Below are positions 37,276 to 46,071 of a stretch of 64,000 nucleotides of DNA, piece after piece. Position 1 is the stretch's first letter. Every line of letters starts with the position of its first letter. A program made the position numbers and the translations under genes. The stretch lies in the NCBI GenBank assembly GCA_965248695.1, contig CBDFKD010000002.1:1408001-1472000 (forward strand), in the 5' to 3' direction. The notes under the pieces were generated by a model that saw nothing but the letters and a program-made list of their open reading frames with translations, had not been told where the DNA came from and made no database searches. The stretch comes from Acidobacteriota bacterium (GTDB lineage: Bacteria > Acidobacteriota > UBA890 > WLXD01).

Positions 37276-38580
37276 CTACGTGTCTGACGAGGCGTTGCGG
37301 CCGTACGCCGCGTAGAGCAGCGCGCCGACGGCAAGCGCCACCGCCCCCGACGCCAGCGACACGGGGTCGGCGCCGAAGATGATCGCGATCGACGTCAACA
37401 CAGCGAGCACCGGAATCAGCGCGCCACCGGGAAGACGGAAGCCCTCGACCTCACCGCCTTGCCGACGCAGAACCGGGACCGAAGCACACGTCGCCACGTA
37501 GAAAACGAGCCGCGCCACGGCGCTGACTTTCGCCATCTGTTCGAACGAGCCGGACGCCGCCAGTGTCCACGCCACGGCGGCATAGAGCAAGATCGACACA
37601 TCGGGCGTGCGGTAGCGCTCGTGAACATGCGCCAGGACCCGCGGCAGCTGCCCGCGGTCGGCCATCGCGTACGTCACCCGCGGCCCCGCCAGCATCGTCC
37701 CGGCGTTCGACCCGGCGATCGAGATCACGCCGCCGATCGCCAGCAGGATGCCAGCGGCGGGGCCCAGGAAACCGGCCGCAGCATCGGCCAGCGGCGTTTC
37801 GGAGGAGGCGAGGTCGGCGAGCGTACCCACCGTGACCAATTGCACCGACATGAAGATGGCGCACACGACGCCGATGGTGGTGAGCAATGCGATCGGCACG
37901 TCACGACGCGGCGAACGCGCTTCGCCGGCCGGCAGCGTCGACAACTCGTAGCCGCCGAAGGCGAACATCAACAGCAAGACGGCCTCACCGGTGCCGGCGG
38001 TGATCGACATCGAGAACCCGGCGAAGTTGGCGGGATCGACGAAGAACATGCCTACCAGCACGAAGCCGAGCAATGGCACGAGCTTGCTCACTGTGAACAG
38101 GTTCACGGTCCACGAGCCGTAGCGCACGCCGAGGAAGTTGATCAGCGCCAACCCGCCGATGGCCACGGTCACCACCGCCAGCCGACCGCCGCCGGTCGAG
38201 GCCCCGGGGATGAAGTAGGCCAGGTACCGGGCCAGTGCGTTGGCGAGCGCCGCCAGCGACGCCAGCCGCGTCAGCCACAGCATCCAGGCCACCTCGAAGC
38301 CTACGAACGACCCGAAAGCCTGACGCGCGTACAGGTAGGGTCCGCCGGCGGCGCGGAATCGCGTCGACACCTCGGCGAAGCACAGCACGATCAGCGTGTT
38401 GGCCACCCCGGCGAGCACGAACGGCCACGGGCTCGAGGGCACCCCCACCAGCATCGCCACCGAGGCGGGAAGCACGAAGATTCCGCTGCCGATGACCTGG
38501 TTGACCCCCACCGCGGTGAGATCCCAGCGTCCCATCGCCCGAACCAAGCCACCCGCGGCTTCTTCGGGTTGCTGATTCAT
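37276..38580 (-). CDS. APC family amino-acid permease
   Basis: VIGSGIFVLP, CFAEV..AGGPYLYA..AFG, FAFGGYE, AGE..P.RDVP, GPRV.YAM..G.LP. Confidence 0.93.
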   Translation of the reverse strand: MNQQPEEAAGGLVRAMGRWDLTAVGVNQVIGSGIFVLPASVAMLVGVPSSPWPFVLAGVANTLIVLCFAEVSTRFRAAGGPYLYARQAFGSFVGFEVAWMLWLTRLASLAALANALARYLAYFIPGASTGGGRLAVVTVAIGGLALINFLGVRYGSWTVNLFTVSKLVPLLGFVLVGMFFVDPANFAGFSMSITAGTGEAVLLLMFAFGGYELSTLPAGEARSPRRDVPIALLTTIGVVCAIFMSVQLVTVGTLADLASSETPLADAAAGFLGPAAGILLAIGGVISIAGSNAGTMLAGPRVTYAMADRGQLPRVLAHVHERYRTPDVSILLYAAVAWTLAASGSFEQMAKVSAVARLVFYVATCASVPVLRRQGGEVEGFRLPGGALIPVLAVLTSIAIIFGADPVSLASGAVALAVGALLYAAYGRNASSDT

Positions 38581-38673
38581 CGTCTTACCTCCGAGGATCG
38601 GGCGGCGGCACAGCCGGGACAACACTCAGGCCCAGGGCGACGCCGCGAGAGGGTGGACGGACAGCACGAATAA

Positions 38674-38705
38674 TGCAACCAACGGCGGCAGCGACGGCGT
38701 CGTAT
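38674..38705 (+). promoter_or_regulatory. putative ECF-sigma (autoregulatory) promoter
   Basis: TGCAACC-N17-CGTCGTAT, matching the general ECF AAC/CGT pattern, upstream of the operon containing the ECF sigma. Confidence 0.4.
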
Positions 38706-38771
38706 GAGGCAAGAACGACCACAAGACCCCGACACGCCCGCGTGGCAGCTCGGAATGAGGAGCAACAGACG

Positions 38772-39212
38772 ATGGAATGGGTTGCGCAGGCAATGATCTT
38801 CATGATCCCGATCGTTGGCTCGATCGCCCTCTTCAGCTTCCTGGCGGTAGTTGGCTGGGCCGAACAGCGTCGCAAAGAGCGCGAGGCGTACTATCGCTAC
38901 GACTTCCGCAAGAAGCTCGTCGATGCGGGCGAGATGAATGCACGCCAGGTGCAAGATCTCATGCAGTACGAATTCGAGAACGAGCAGCAGCGCCGCCGCC
39001 AAGGCATGGTGGCGACCGGTTTCATCATCTCGGGCGTCGGGCTCGGTATGATCTTCGGGCTGCAGTTCATTCGCGACGAGCAAGTATGGATGGTAGGCAG
39101 CATTCCGCTGTTCATCGGACTAGGGATGCTGGCATACGCCATTCTGTATGCGCCGAAGACGGCGCCGGCGCCGCCGCCACTCGGTGCCTTCCCGCCACCT
39201 GACGACAAGTAA
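38772..39212 (+). CDS. small membrane protein (DUF6249-like) of an ECF operon
   Basis: TM - charged linker (RRKEREAYYR) - 2 TM (G.IPLFIGLG); GAGGAG RBS. Confidence 0.78.
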   Translation: MEWVAQAMIFMIPIVGSIALFSFLAVVGWAEQRRKEREAYYRYDFRKKLVDAGEMNARQVQDLMQYEFENEQQRRRQGMVATGFIISGVGLGMIFGLQFIRDEQVWMVGSIPLFIGLGMLAYAILYAPKTAPAPPPLGAFPPPDDK

Positions 39213-39238
39213 CCCGACGATCCAGCGGGAGGAGCTCC

Positions 39239-39865
39239 GTGGGGGTTGCTATCGCGACGACGGTCAAGCGGGATGTAGGCGTAGTGAACGATGCAACGCG
39301 CTACAACGATGACGCCAGCGCCGTACGACGAGTTCTTGCCGGCGACCCCGACGCCTTCGACGGCATCGTCAAGCGTTGGCAGGGGCCGCTCGTGAACCTC
39401 GCCTATCGCTTCTGCCGAGATCGAGGAGTTGCGGAAGAGATGGCGCAGGAGGCATTCCTCAAGATCTTCCGCGGGCTGTCAGGCTGGCGACAGGATGGGC
39501 GTTTTTCAACCTGGATGTTCCCGGTGGCGCTCAACCACTACCGCAGCTCGATGCGCCGACGGATACCGCAGGCGATAGAGCTCGACGAGATCGACTATCG
39601 CCTTGGCGCCGGTGATCACAACCTCGAACAGGATCGTGATCTGCGCGACGATGCGGTCCGGCGTGCGGTGGCGACGCTGCCAGCCAAGTATCGCGACGTG
39701 ATCATCCTCTACTATTTCCATGAGATGGACCTGGCGGAAACGGCGCGTACCTCGCGCCTGCGCGAGGGCACGGTAAAGGCACGGCTGTTTCGCGGCCGCA
39801 AGCTGCTGCGTGAGAAGCTCGGCGCGCTGATGCGCCCGCCGGTACCCGCTACCGAGGAGGCCTGA
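39239..39865 (+). CDS. ECF RNA polymerase sigma factor
   Basis: AEEMAQEAFLK, FSTWM, LPAKYR, GTVKARLFRGR (regions 2 and 4). Confidence 0.93.
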   Translation: MGVAIATTVKRDVGVVNDATRYNDDASAVRRVLAGDPDAFDGIVKRWQGPLVNLAYRFCRDRGVAEEMAQEAFLKIFRGLSGWRQDGRFSTWMFPVALNHYRSSMRRRIPQAIELDEIDYRLGAGDHNLEQDRDLRDDAVRRAVATLPAKYRDVIILYYFHEMDLAETARTSRLREGTVKARLFRGRKLLREKLGALMRPPVPATEEA

Positions 39866-39867
39866 CG

Positions 39868-40230
39868 ATGGACGATCTGGACCGCATCCTCGCCGACGAG
39901 CGCGTCATCCGCCCCAGTAAGGGATTCACCGCGGGTGTCATGAAGGCAGTGCATGAGCAAGCCGCGGTGCCGCCGCCCCTCGAGTTCCCGTGGAGCCGCT
40001 TCCTGCCCGGTCTCTTTACATGCATCGGCCTGGTCTTCGCCACGTTCATGGTTCTCGGCTGGACCGGAGGCGCGGGGATCGGCAGCGACACGCAGCTCTG
40101 GTTCGATGCGATCGACACACCCTTCGGGCAGGCATTGGTACTTGCCGGCGCGGCGATTCTCGGAAGTCTGGCGTTCGCCGCGATGATCTTCCGATCCGTA
40201 GGTCGTGGCGGCACATCGCCGACGATCTGA
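39868..40230 (+). CDS. probable membrane anti-sigma factor
   Basis: PSKGFTAGVM motif followed by 2 TM, directly after the sigma gene. Confidence 0.65.
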   Translation: MDDLDRILADERVIRPSKGFTAGVMKAVHEQAAVPPPLEFPWSRFLPGLFTCIGLVFATFMVLGWTGGAGIGSDTQLWFDAIDTPFGQALVLAGAAILGSLAFAAMIFRSVGRGGTSPTI

Positions 40231-40371
40231 GCGCCTGGATTGGCCGGACCTCACCTGTTGCCCGGTAGTGTGATCGAACATACGCTCACCGAGAGCATGT
40301 TCGCGACTCCGGAGCACGCCGACTCCCTCGAAGGCCGCTACGGCTGATACCGGTCCCTCCGTGCAAAGCCC

Positions 40372-42825
40372 ATGGCCAAGCCGCCCTCGAAAAATCAGCG
40401 AGCAGGTCCGCCCAAGACGCTAGAGGTCGTATCGCGGTCGGGCACGCGCACGCGCTTTCTCCGCGGCATGGTGACCCACGATTTAGTGCGACGCGGCGTC
40501 GAGTTCGAGGAGGCGTACGCCATCGCGCGCCAGATTCGCGATGATCTCAAGGACCGCGATGAGGTCGCCAAGAGCGAGCTGCGAGAGCTCATCGCCGCAG
40601 CGCTGGCGCAACGGCTCGGCCCCGATGTGACCTCCGAGCTGGCGACGACGGACGAGTCTGAGCCGTTCATGGAGGTGGTTACGAAGGGGCAGACACATCC
40701 GTTCTCCAAGGGGTTGCTGGCGGAGTCGATCTACGCCAGCGGGGTCGCTGCCGAACACGCTTACCGGCTGGCTGCGGAGGTCGAGGCACAACTCCGGAGC
40801 GAGGCCGTCGACAGCCTGCCGAGTACCGAGGTCGCGCGCCGTGTAGACGTGCTCCTGGAGCGCCACGCCGGCGTCAAGGCCAAGCTGCGGTACCGAACGA
40901 TCCGCCGCATCAATCGATTGCCGCGCCCGGTGATCGTCTACATCGGAGGTGCAAGCGGCACCGGCAAGTCGAGCCTGGCGCTGCAGCTCGCCCCTTTGCT
41001 TCGCATCTATCGAGTCTCGTCGACCGACACGATCCGTCAGGTCATGCGCATGGTATTCACGCCCGAGATCCTGCCGGCACTGCATCACTCGAGCTTCGAG
41101 ATCACCAGCCGAGAGACTGGCGCCGACCATTTCATGGCCGACACCCCGGGCACCCTGCTGGAGAGCTACGAGGAGCAGGCACGGCGCGTTTGCGTCGGCA
41201 CCCGCGCGGTCATCGAGCGCGCCATCGAGGAGAACGTCAGCATCATCGTCGAAGGCGTCCACCTGCTACCGGGCCTGGTGCCCTTCACGGATCTCGCCGG
41301 CGAAGCGTACCAAGTGGCCATCATGCTCGGCACTCCCGACGAGGAGTCGTTTCGCGCCCGCATCCTCACGCGTGCTCCCGGCGGGCCGCGGCGGGCGGCG
41401 CGCTACCTCGACGCCCTGGACGACATCCGGGCGATCAACGATCACCTGATGCATATGGCTGAAGCGCACGATATTCCGTTCCTCGACACGTCCCGCGACG
41501 GCGATCCCGAGAGCCACGCGGTGCAGCTGGTGACGGCTGAGCTGGAGCGTCAGGTACCGGCGCTGGCGCACGCCGACTGGGTCGAATCGCACGGCGAGAC
41601 GGCCACGCTGCTGCTGATCATCGACGGGGTCGCAGATCGGCCGGTACGGGCTCTCGGCGGCCGCACCCCGCTGCAGGCGGCGCACACACCGAACCTCGAT
41701 CGGCTGGCGCGTGAGGGCATTCTCGGGTTGGCGGACCCGGTGGCGCCGGGCGTGGTGCCGGATACGGCCGCGGGCACGCTGGCTTTGTTCGGCCAATCGC
41801 CACGCGCCTTGAAGCGTGGACCCGTGGAGGCGCTCGGCGCCGGCCTGGAAATGCATCCCGGTGACGTCGCGGTGCGCGCCAATCTGGCGACCATCGACGA
41901 TGACGGCAACGTGGTCGATCGACGCGCCGGACGCATACGCGACGATGCCGATGCGCTGGCTGCGGCTCTGGATGCGATCCAGCTACCGGAGAGCATCACG
42001 CGCGGCGTACAGGTGCGAATCAAGGCGGCCACCGAACACCGACTGGCGATCGTCGCCCACGGGCCGAACCTGTCACCGGCGATCACTGGCAGCGACCCCG
42101 GCGACGTCGCGTCTGCTGGGCCGCCGCTCGTGGTGGAGCCCATCGACGCCGCGAACAAGGCAGCCTCCCACACCGCAGCGGTGCTCTCGGCGCTCGAAGC
42201 CGAGGCTCGCGCGGTACTGGAAGCTCACCCGATCAACAAGCGACGAAAGGAGCACGGCAAGCCGCCGGCCAACGCCGTGTTGAGTCGTGGAGCGGGCCGA
42301 TTGCACCGGCTGGTCACGCTCGAGGAGGCTGGAATCCCGCTGCACGTCTCGTGCATCAGCGGCGATCTGACGATCATCGGACTAGCTCGCTGGCTGGGAG
42401 CGGAAACCGTCTGCGAGCCGCACATGACGGCCAACCTCGACACCGACCTGGCCGCCAAGATGACCGCGGCGATGAACGCGCTCGAACAGGGCGACCTGAC
42501 GATCGTGCATGTCAAGGGCGCTGACATCGCCGCCCATGACCGCCGACCGGATTTGAAGATGCAGTTTCTCGAGCGACTCGACCGCGAGCTGGGCGTCTTG
42601 CTCGACGCGTACGCCGACCGGCCCTTGCGCATCGGCGTGGCATCGGATCATGCGACGCTGTCGGAAAGCGGCCAGCACGCTGCCGACCCGTTGCCGGTGC
42701 TGCTGTGGGGCGCCGGCTTCGAAGCCGACGGTGCGCAGCGATTCGACGAGCTCGCGGCGGCAACGGGTGCGCTCGGTCGGTTCCCGCTGCAGATACTGCT
42801 CGGGCGGCTGTTCGAGCTCGGCTAG
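40372..42825 (+). CDS. fusion: 2x ATP-cone + 2-phosphoglycerate kinase + archaeal-type cofactor-independent phosphoglycerate mutase-like domain
   Basis: RFLRGMV/PFSKGLLAES ATP cones; GGASGTGKS, STDTIRQVMR, LHHSSF, IVEGVHLLPG (2PGK); IIDGVADRP..TPLQAAHTPNLD, RGPVEALG, DRRAGRI, HVKGADIAAHD, SDH (ApgM-like). Confidence 0.88.
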   Translation: MAKPPSKNQRAGPPKTLEVVSRSGTRTRFLRGMVTHDLVRRGVEFEEAYAIARQIRDDLKDRDEVAKSELRELIAAALAQRLGPDVTSELATTDESEPFMEVVTKGQTHPFSKGLLAESIYASGVAAEHAYRLAAEVEAQLRSEAVDSLPSTEVARRVDVLLERHAGVKAKLRYRTIRRINRLPRPVIVYIGGASGTGKSSLALQLAPLLRIYRVSSTDTIRQVMRMVFTPEILPALHHSSFEITSRETGADHFMADTPGTLLESYEEQARRVCVGTRAVIERAIEENVSIIVEGVHLLPGLVPFTDLAGEAYQVAIMLGTPDEESFRARILTRAPGGPRRAARYLDALDDIRAINDHLMHMAEAHDIPFLDTSRDGDPESHAVQLVTAELERQVPALAHADWVESHGETATLLLIIDGVADRPVRALGGRTPLQAAHTPNLDRLAREGILGLADPVAPGVVPDTAAGTLALFGQSPRALKRGPVEALGAGLEMHPGDVAVRANLATIDDDGNVVDRRAGRIRDDADALAAALDAIQLPESITRGVQVRIKAATEHRLAIVAHGPNLSPAITGSDPGDVASAGPPLVVEPIDAANKAASHTAAVLSALEAEARAVLEAHPINKRRKEHGKPPANAVLSRGAGRLHRLVTLEEAGIPLHVSCISGDLTIIGLARWLGAETVCEPHMTANLDTDLAAKMTAAMNALEQGDLTIVHVKGADIAAHDRRPDLKMQFLERLDRELGVLLDAYADRPLRIGVASDHATLSESGQHAADPLPVLLWGAGFEADGAQRFDELAAATGALGRFPLQILLGRLFELG

Positions 42826-43100
42826 CAGGCCGTGGTGAAAGTGTGGCGGGCCTGGCGACAGGGTCTTGCGTGGTGGAGGCAAGGAGAGAGGAGGAGGCGA
42901 TGGTTACCCCATCGTTGACGACGAACGACGCAGCATACGCGCGCAACCCCCTGTCGCCCAGAGGGTTACGGTGATTTGGGTCCATCTGCGGCGTTGGCCT
43001 TCCTCGACGATGGCTAGGGCATCGCCAGTGGCAGGCCGCCTTCCATATGGCCCCAACTCACCGCAACCAGGCCCACCACACTTCCACCACGGCCTGCTAG
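42822..43100 (-). mobile_element. MITE-like element copy 3 (279 bp, inverted relative to copies 1-2)
   Basis: CTAG at both ends, same TIRs; reverse complement is colinear with copy 2; the left CTAG supplies the TAG stop of the kinase-mutase gene. Confidence 0.92.
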
Positions 43101-43110
43101 CCGGGCTCTC

Positions 43111-44280
43111 CTACTCGGCGCCGCCCAGGACGGTGTCTGCCGGCTCACTGATTACGGTGTCGCGCAGGAAGCCCGGGGTCCCGTCGGCCAGGGACACGCG
43201 ATAGTAGCTTCCCGTCGCCGCCCAGATGCGTAGCCGCGTGTCGGCATCGAGCTGGCGCAGCACGTCGGATCGACGGCTCGGGCGCTCCTGCAGAGCGGTC
43301 TCGTCGCCGCGCGTGATGCCCCAAGCGCCAACTCGGCTGGCGTCAGCGCTCACCGCCACCGGATCGGCGCGCGGCTGACGAAGGAAGTTCGTCGGATCGA
43401 TCGGCCCGTTCGAGTAGATGGCAAAGTGGAGATGCGGTGGGGTCGTGCGCGCGTTGCCGCTGTTGCCGACATACCCGACCACGTCGCCGGGCTCCACCCA
43501 CGTACCAGCCTCCACTGCCTGTGACTCGAGGTGGGCGTAGTAGAGGCTCAGGCCACGTTCGCGGTCGTGTAGCCACACTACGTTGCCGCCGAGGCGCTGC
43601 TCACCGACTCGCCGCACGTAGGCACGCGACGTCGCCAGCGCCGGCGTGCCGCGGCCGGCGAAGATGTCGACGCCATGATGGCTGCGACGACCGGCATCCC
43701 GCGGCGCGCCGAACGAGCTCTGGATGTCGGTGACATCGTGGTCCTGGACAGGGAACTGGAGCGTCGGAACCAGGCGCATCTCGAGCTCGAACTCGCCGCC
43801 GCGAAGGAGCTCCGGCTGCAGTCTGAGCAGGTATTCGGCATCGCGCCGCGGCTCAAACATGAGACGCGTCTCGGTTGCCGGCGCGCTCGCCACGTGAAGC
43901 GGCTCGGCATCGGCATCGACCCGAAACAGGTCGAGAAAGAGACGTGGAGGCGTGTCAGAGTCGATCTCGACCGCCACTTCGATTCGCTGGCCCCGAAGCG
44001 CCGAGAAACGGTAACCGGAGCCGTGCGCGGCCCGCGCATCGAACGCTCCGCGCTCGCGGTATGGCAGCTGCAGGCGAACGGGATTGTCGGTGGCGCGCGC
44101 CGCAGCGTCCACCCAGTCGCGCGCCAGGGCGCTCGATGCCAACCCCGCCTCGTAGAGGCCGTGCCGGTAGGCGTCCCAGGCGCTACTGGGTCGATAGGGC
44201 TCCGGGACGATCTCCTCCTGAGCGCACGCCGAGCACGCCAGGAGGACCAGGGCGGCGCGGCAATTGCGGAGATTCGGCAC
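43111..44280 (-). CDS. M23 family metallopeptidase lipoprotein with C-terminal SH3-like domain
   Basis: CSAC lipobox; HHGVDIFA, YYAHL, VGNSGNARTTPPHLHF. Confidence 0.92.
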   Translation of the reverse strand: MPNLRNCRAALVLLACSACAQEEIVPEPYRPSSAWDAYRHGLYEAGLASSALARDWVDAAARATDNPVRLQLPYRERGAFDARAAHGSGYRFSALRGQRIEVAVEIDSDTPPRLFLDLFRVDADAEPLHVASAPATETRLMFEPRRDAEYLLRLQPELLRGGEFELEMRLVPTLQFPVQDHDVTDIQSSFGAPRDAGRRSHHGVDIFAGRGTPALATSRAYVRRVGEQRLGGNVVWLHDRERGLSLYYAHLESQAVEAGTWVEPGDVVGYVGNSGNARTTPPHLHFAIYSNGPIDPTNFLRQPRADPVAVSADASRVGAWGITRGDETALQERPSRRSDVLRQLDADTRLRIWAATGSYYRVSLADGTPGFLRDTVISEPADTVLGGAE

Positions 44281-44391
44281 CGATTCGTCCGGGGATGGGC
44301 GGCACGTTTGGCGACGCCAACTGGCGAGAGGCGCGCCATTTAAACACGGCCCCCCGGGCCGACCGCAACGTCAAAGGCCACGGTTCGACGG

Positions 44392-45330
44392 ATGTATGAT
44401 CCCATCATGAACCCCGTCCGCCCCCTGTTGCTGGCGATGGCCGCCTCGCCGACGTGGAAGAGGTTGCTGACCGGATTGCCGTTGACACACCGAGTCGTCG
44501 CCCGCTTTGTGCCCGGCGAGACCCTCGCGGAGGCGCTCGGAGCCGTCCGTCAGCTGAACGACGACGGCATGCTGGCAACATTGAATCCACTGGGCGAGAA
44601 CGTCAGCGGTCCGCAGGAGGCAACGGCAGCAACCGATGCGTACATCGAGATACTGGAGCGCATCGCGGCCGAGAAGCTAGATTGCAACATCTCGCTCAAA
44701 CTGACGCTACTGGGACTCGATTCGGGTGCTGATCTGGCAACGGCCAACCTGGAGCGCGTGCTGTCGGTGGCGGCCAGCTTCGGCAACTTCGTGCGCATCG
44801 ATATGGAGGCCTCGGAGTATGTCGACGCGACGCTTGAGGTGGCCGAGAGCCTGCGTGGGCGCTTCGATAATTTCGGGCTCGTGGTGCAGAGCTATCTGTT
44901 GCGCACCGCGGACGATGTCGAGGCACTGGTGCGAAGCGGGACACCGCTCAGGATCGTCAAAGGGGCGTACAACGAACCGGAGACTGTCGCGTTCGCCGCC
45001 AAGGCAGACGTCGACCGTAGCTACGGTCGCATCCTCGATCGGCTGGCAGCGGAAGACGCACGTGGAAACGGGGTAAGGGTGGCGGTGGCTTCGCACGACC
45101 CGGCGCTCGTAGCCCATGGGCGCGAGATCATCGACCGACTCCGGTTGGAGGGTTGGGAGTTCCAGATGCTGTACGGCATCGGACGACCCCTCCAGCGGCA
45201 GCTGGTCGAGGAGGGGTACACCGTCCGTGTCTACGTGAGCTACGGCCCCTCGTGGTATCCGTGGTTCATGCGGCGACTGGCGGAGCGCCCCGCCAACATC
45301 GGCTTCTTCTTGCGTCATCTATTCGGCTGA
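44392..45330 (+). CDS. monofunctional proline dehydrogenase
   Basis: RFVPGET, LGE, SLKLT, RIDME, RIVKGAY, ASHD, EFQMLYGI, YFM/WFMRRLAERPAN. Confidence 0.95.
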   Translation: MYDPIMNPVRPLLLAMAASPTWKRLLTGLPLTHRVVARFVPGETLAEALGAVRQLNDDGMLATLNPLGENVSGPQEATAATDAYIEILERIAAEKLDCNISLKLTLLGLDSGADLATANLERVLSVAASFGNFVRIDMEASEYVDATLEVAESLRGRFDNFGLVVQSYLLRTADDVEALVRSGTPLRIVKGAYNEPETVAFAAKADVDRSYGRILDRLAAEDARGNGVRVAVASHDPALVAHGREIIDRLRLEGWEFQMLYGIGRPLQRQLVEEGYTVRVYVSYGPSWYPWFMRRLAERPANIGFFLRHLFG

Positions 45331-45461
45331 GAGAGTCGCCCGGTGTCACCGCTCGTTTTCCCCCCGAACCCACGGTACGCTCTCGGATTCTGGCAGACCG
45401 CCATCATGCTTCCTCCACGGCCCGCCAGCTAGCGAGATCACCGCACTCAGGAGACCGGTCG

Positions 45462-46025
45462 TTGGGCATTCCCGCTACACAGATCAAGCGCGGCATGGTG
45501 CTGGACATCGACGGCGAGTTGCTGCGCGTCCACGAATTCACCCACGTCACGCCGGGGAAAGGTCAAGCGGTCATGCAGACCAAGCTGCGCAACATGCGTA
45601 CGGGGACGCTGATCGACAAGCGCTTCCGCTCGGCGGAGAACCTAGAGACGGCGCACGTAGATCGACGCACGATGCAATACCTCTATCTGGACGGCGATCT
45701 CTACACGTTCATGGATCTGGAAACCTACGAGCAGACAGGATTGGCTGCCGACAAGCTGCAAGAAGAGGCACCCTTCTTGCTGGAGAACACCGAGGTCAAG
45801 GTGACGTTCGTGGGCGCGGAAGCGCTGGCGATCGAGATGCCTGGAACGGTCGAAATGGAGGTCACGCAGACGGACCCCGCCATCAAGGGCGCCACCGCTG
45901 CGGCCCAAACAAAGCCCGCCACACTGCAAACCGGGCTGGTGATCCAGGTGCCACCGTTCATCAACCAGGGCGACCGCGTGCGGGTCGATACGAGCACCGG
46001 CGAGTACCTGACGCGGGCGAATTGA
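45462..46025 (+). CDS. efp: translation elongation factor P
   Basis: HVTPGKGQA, QYLY, FMDLETYEQ, KPATLQTG..VPPFI..GD; AGGAG RBS before TTG 45462. Confidence 0.96.
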   Translation: MGIPATQIKRGMVLDIDGELLRVHEFTHVTPGKGQAVMQTKLRNMRTGTLIDKRFRSAENLETAHVDRRTMQYLYLDGDLYTFMDLETYEQTGLAADKLQEEAPFLLENTEVKVTFVGAEALAIEMPGTVEMEVTQTDPAIKGATAAAQTKPATLQTGLVIQVPPFINQGDRVRVDTSTGEYLTRAN

Positions 46026-46071
46026 GCCACGCTGCAGTCTGCAGCGGTGGCCCAGCGGAGCGCGCCGCGAG

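Noticed and set aside
7159-38673. Long antisense or alternate-frame ORFs (7159-8484, 8644-9891, 17687-18907, 35731-37167, 37459-38673 and others)
   Set aside because: Shadow ORFs expected in high-GC DNA; they overlap well-supported genes and carry no recognisable motifs.
27537-43204. Short ORFs overlapping the MITE copies (e.g. 27537-27770, 36887-37129, 42705-42974, 42866-43204) as a repeated protein family
   Set aside because: Their similarity comes from the repeat itself; frames and ends differ between copies and copy 1 has a 14-bp frameshifting deletion.
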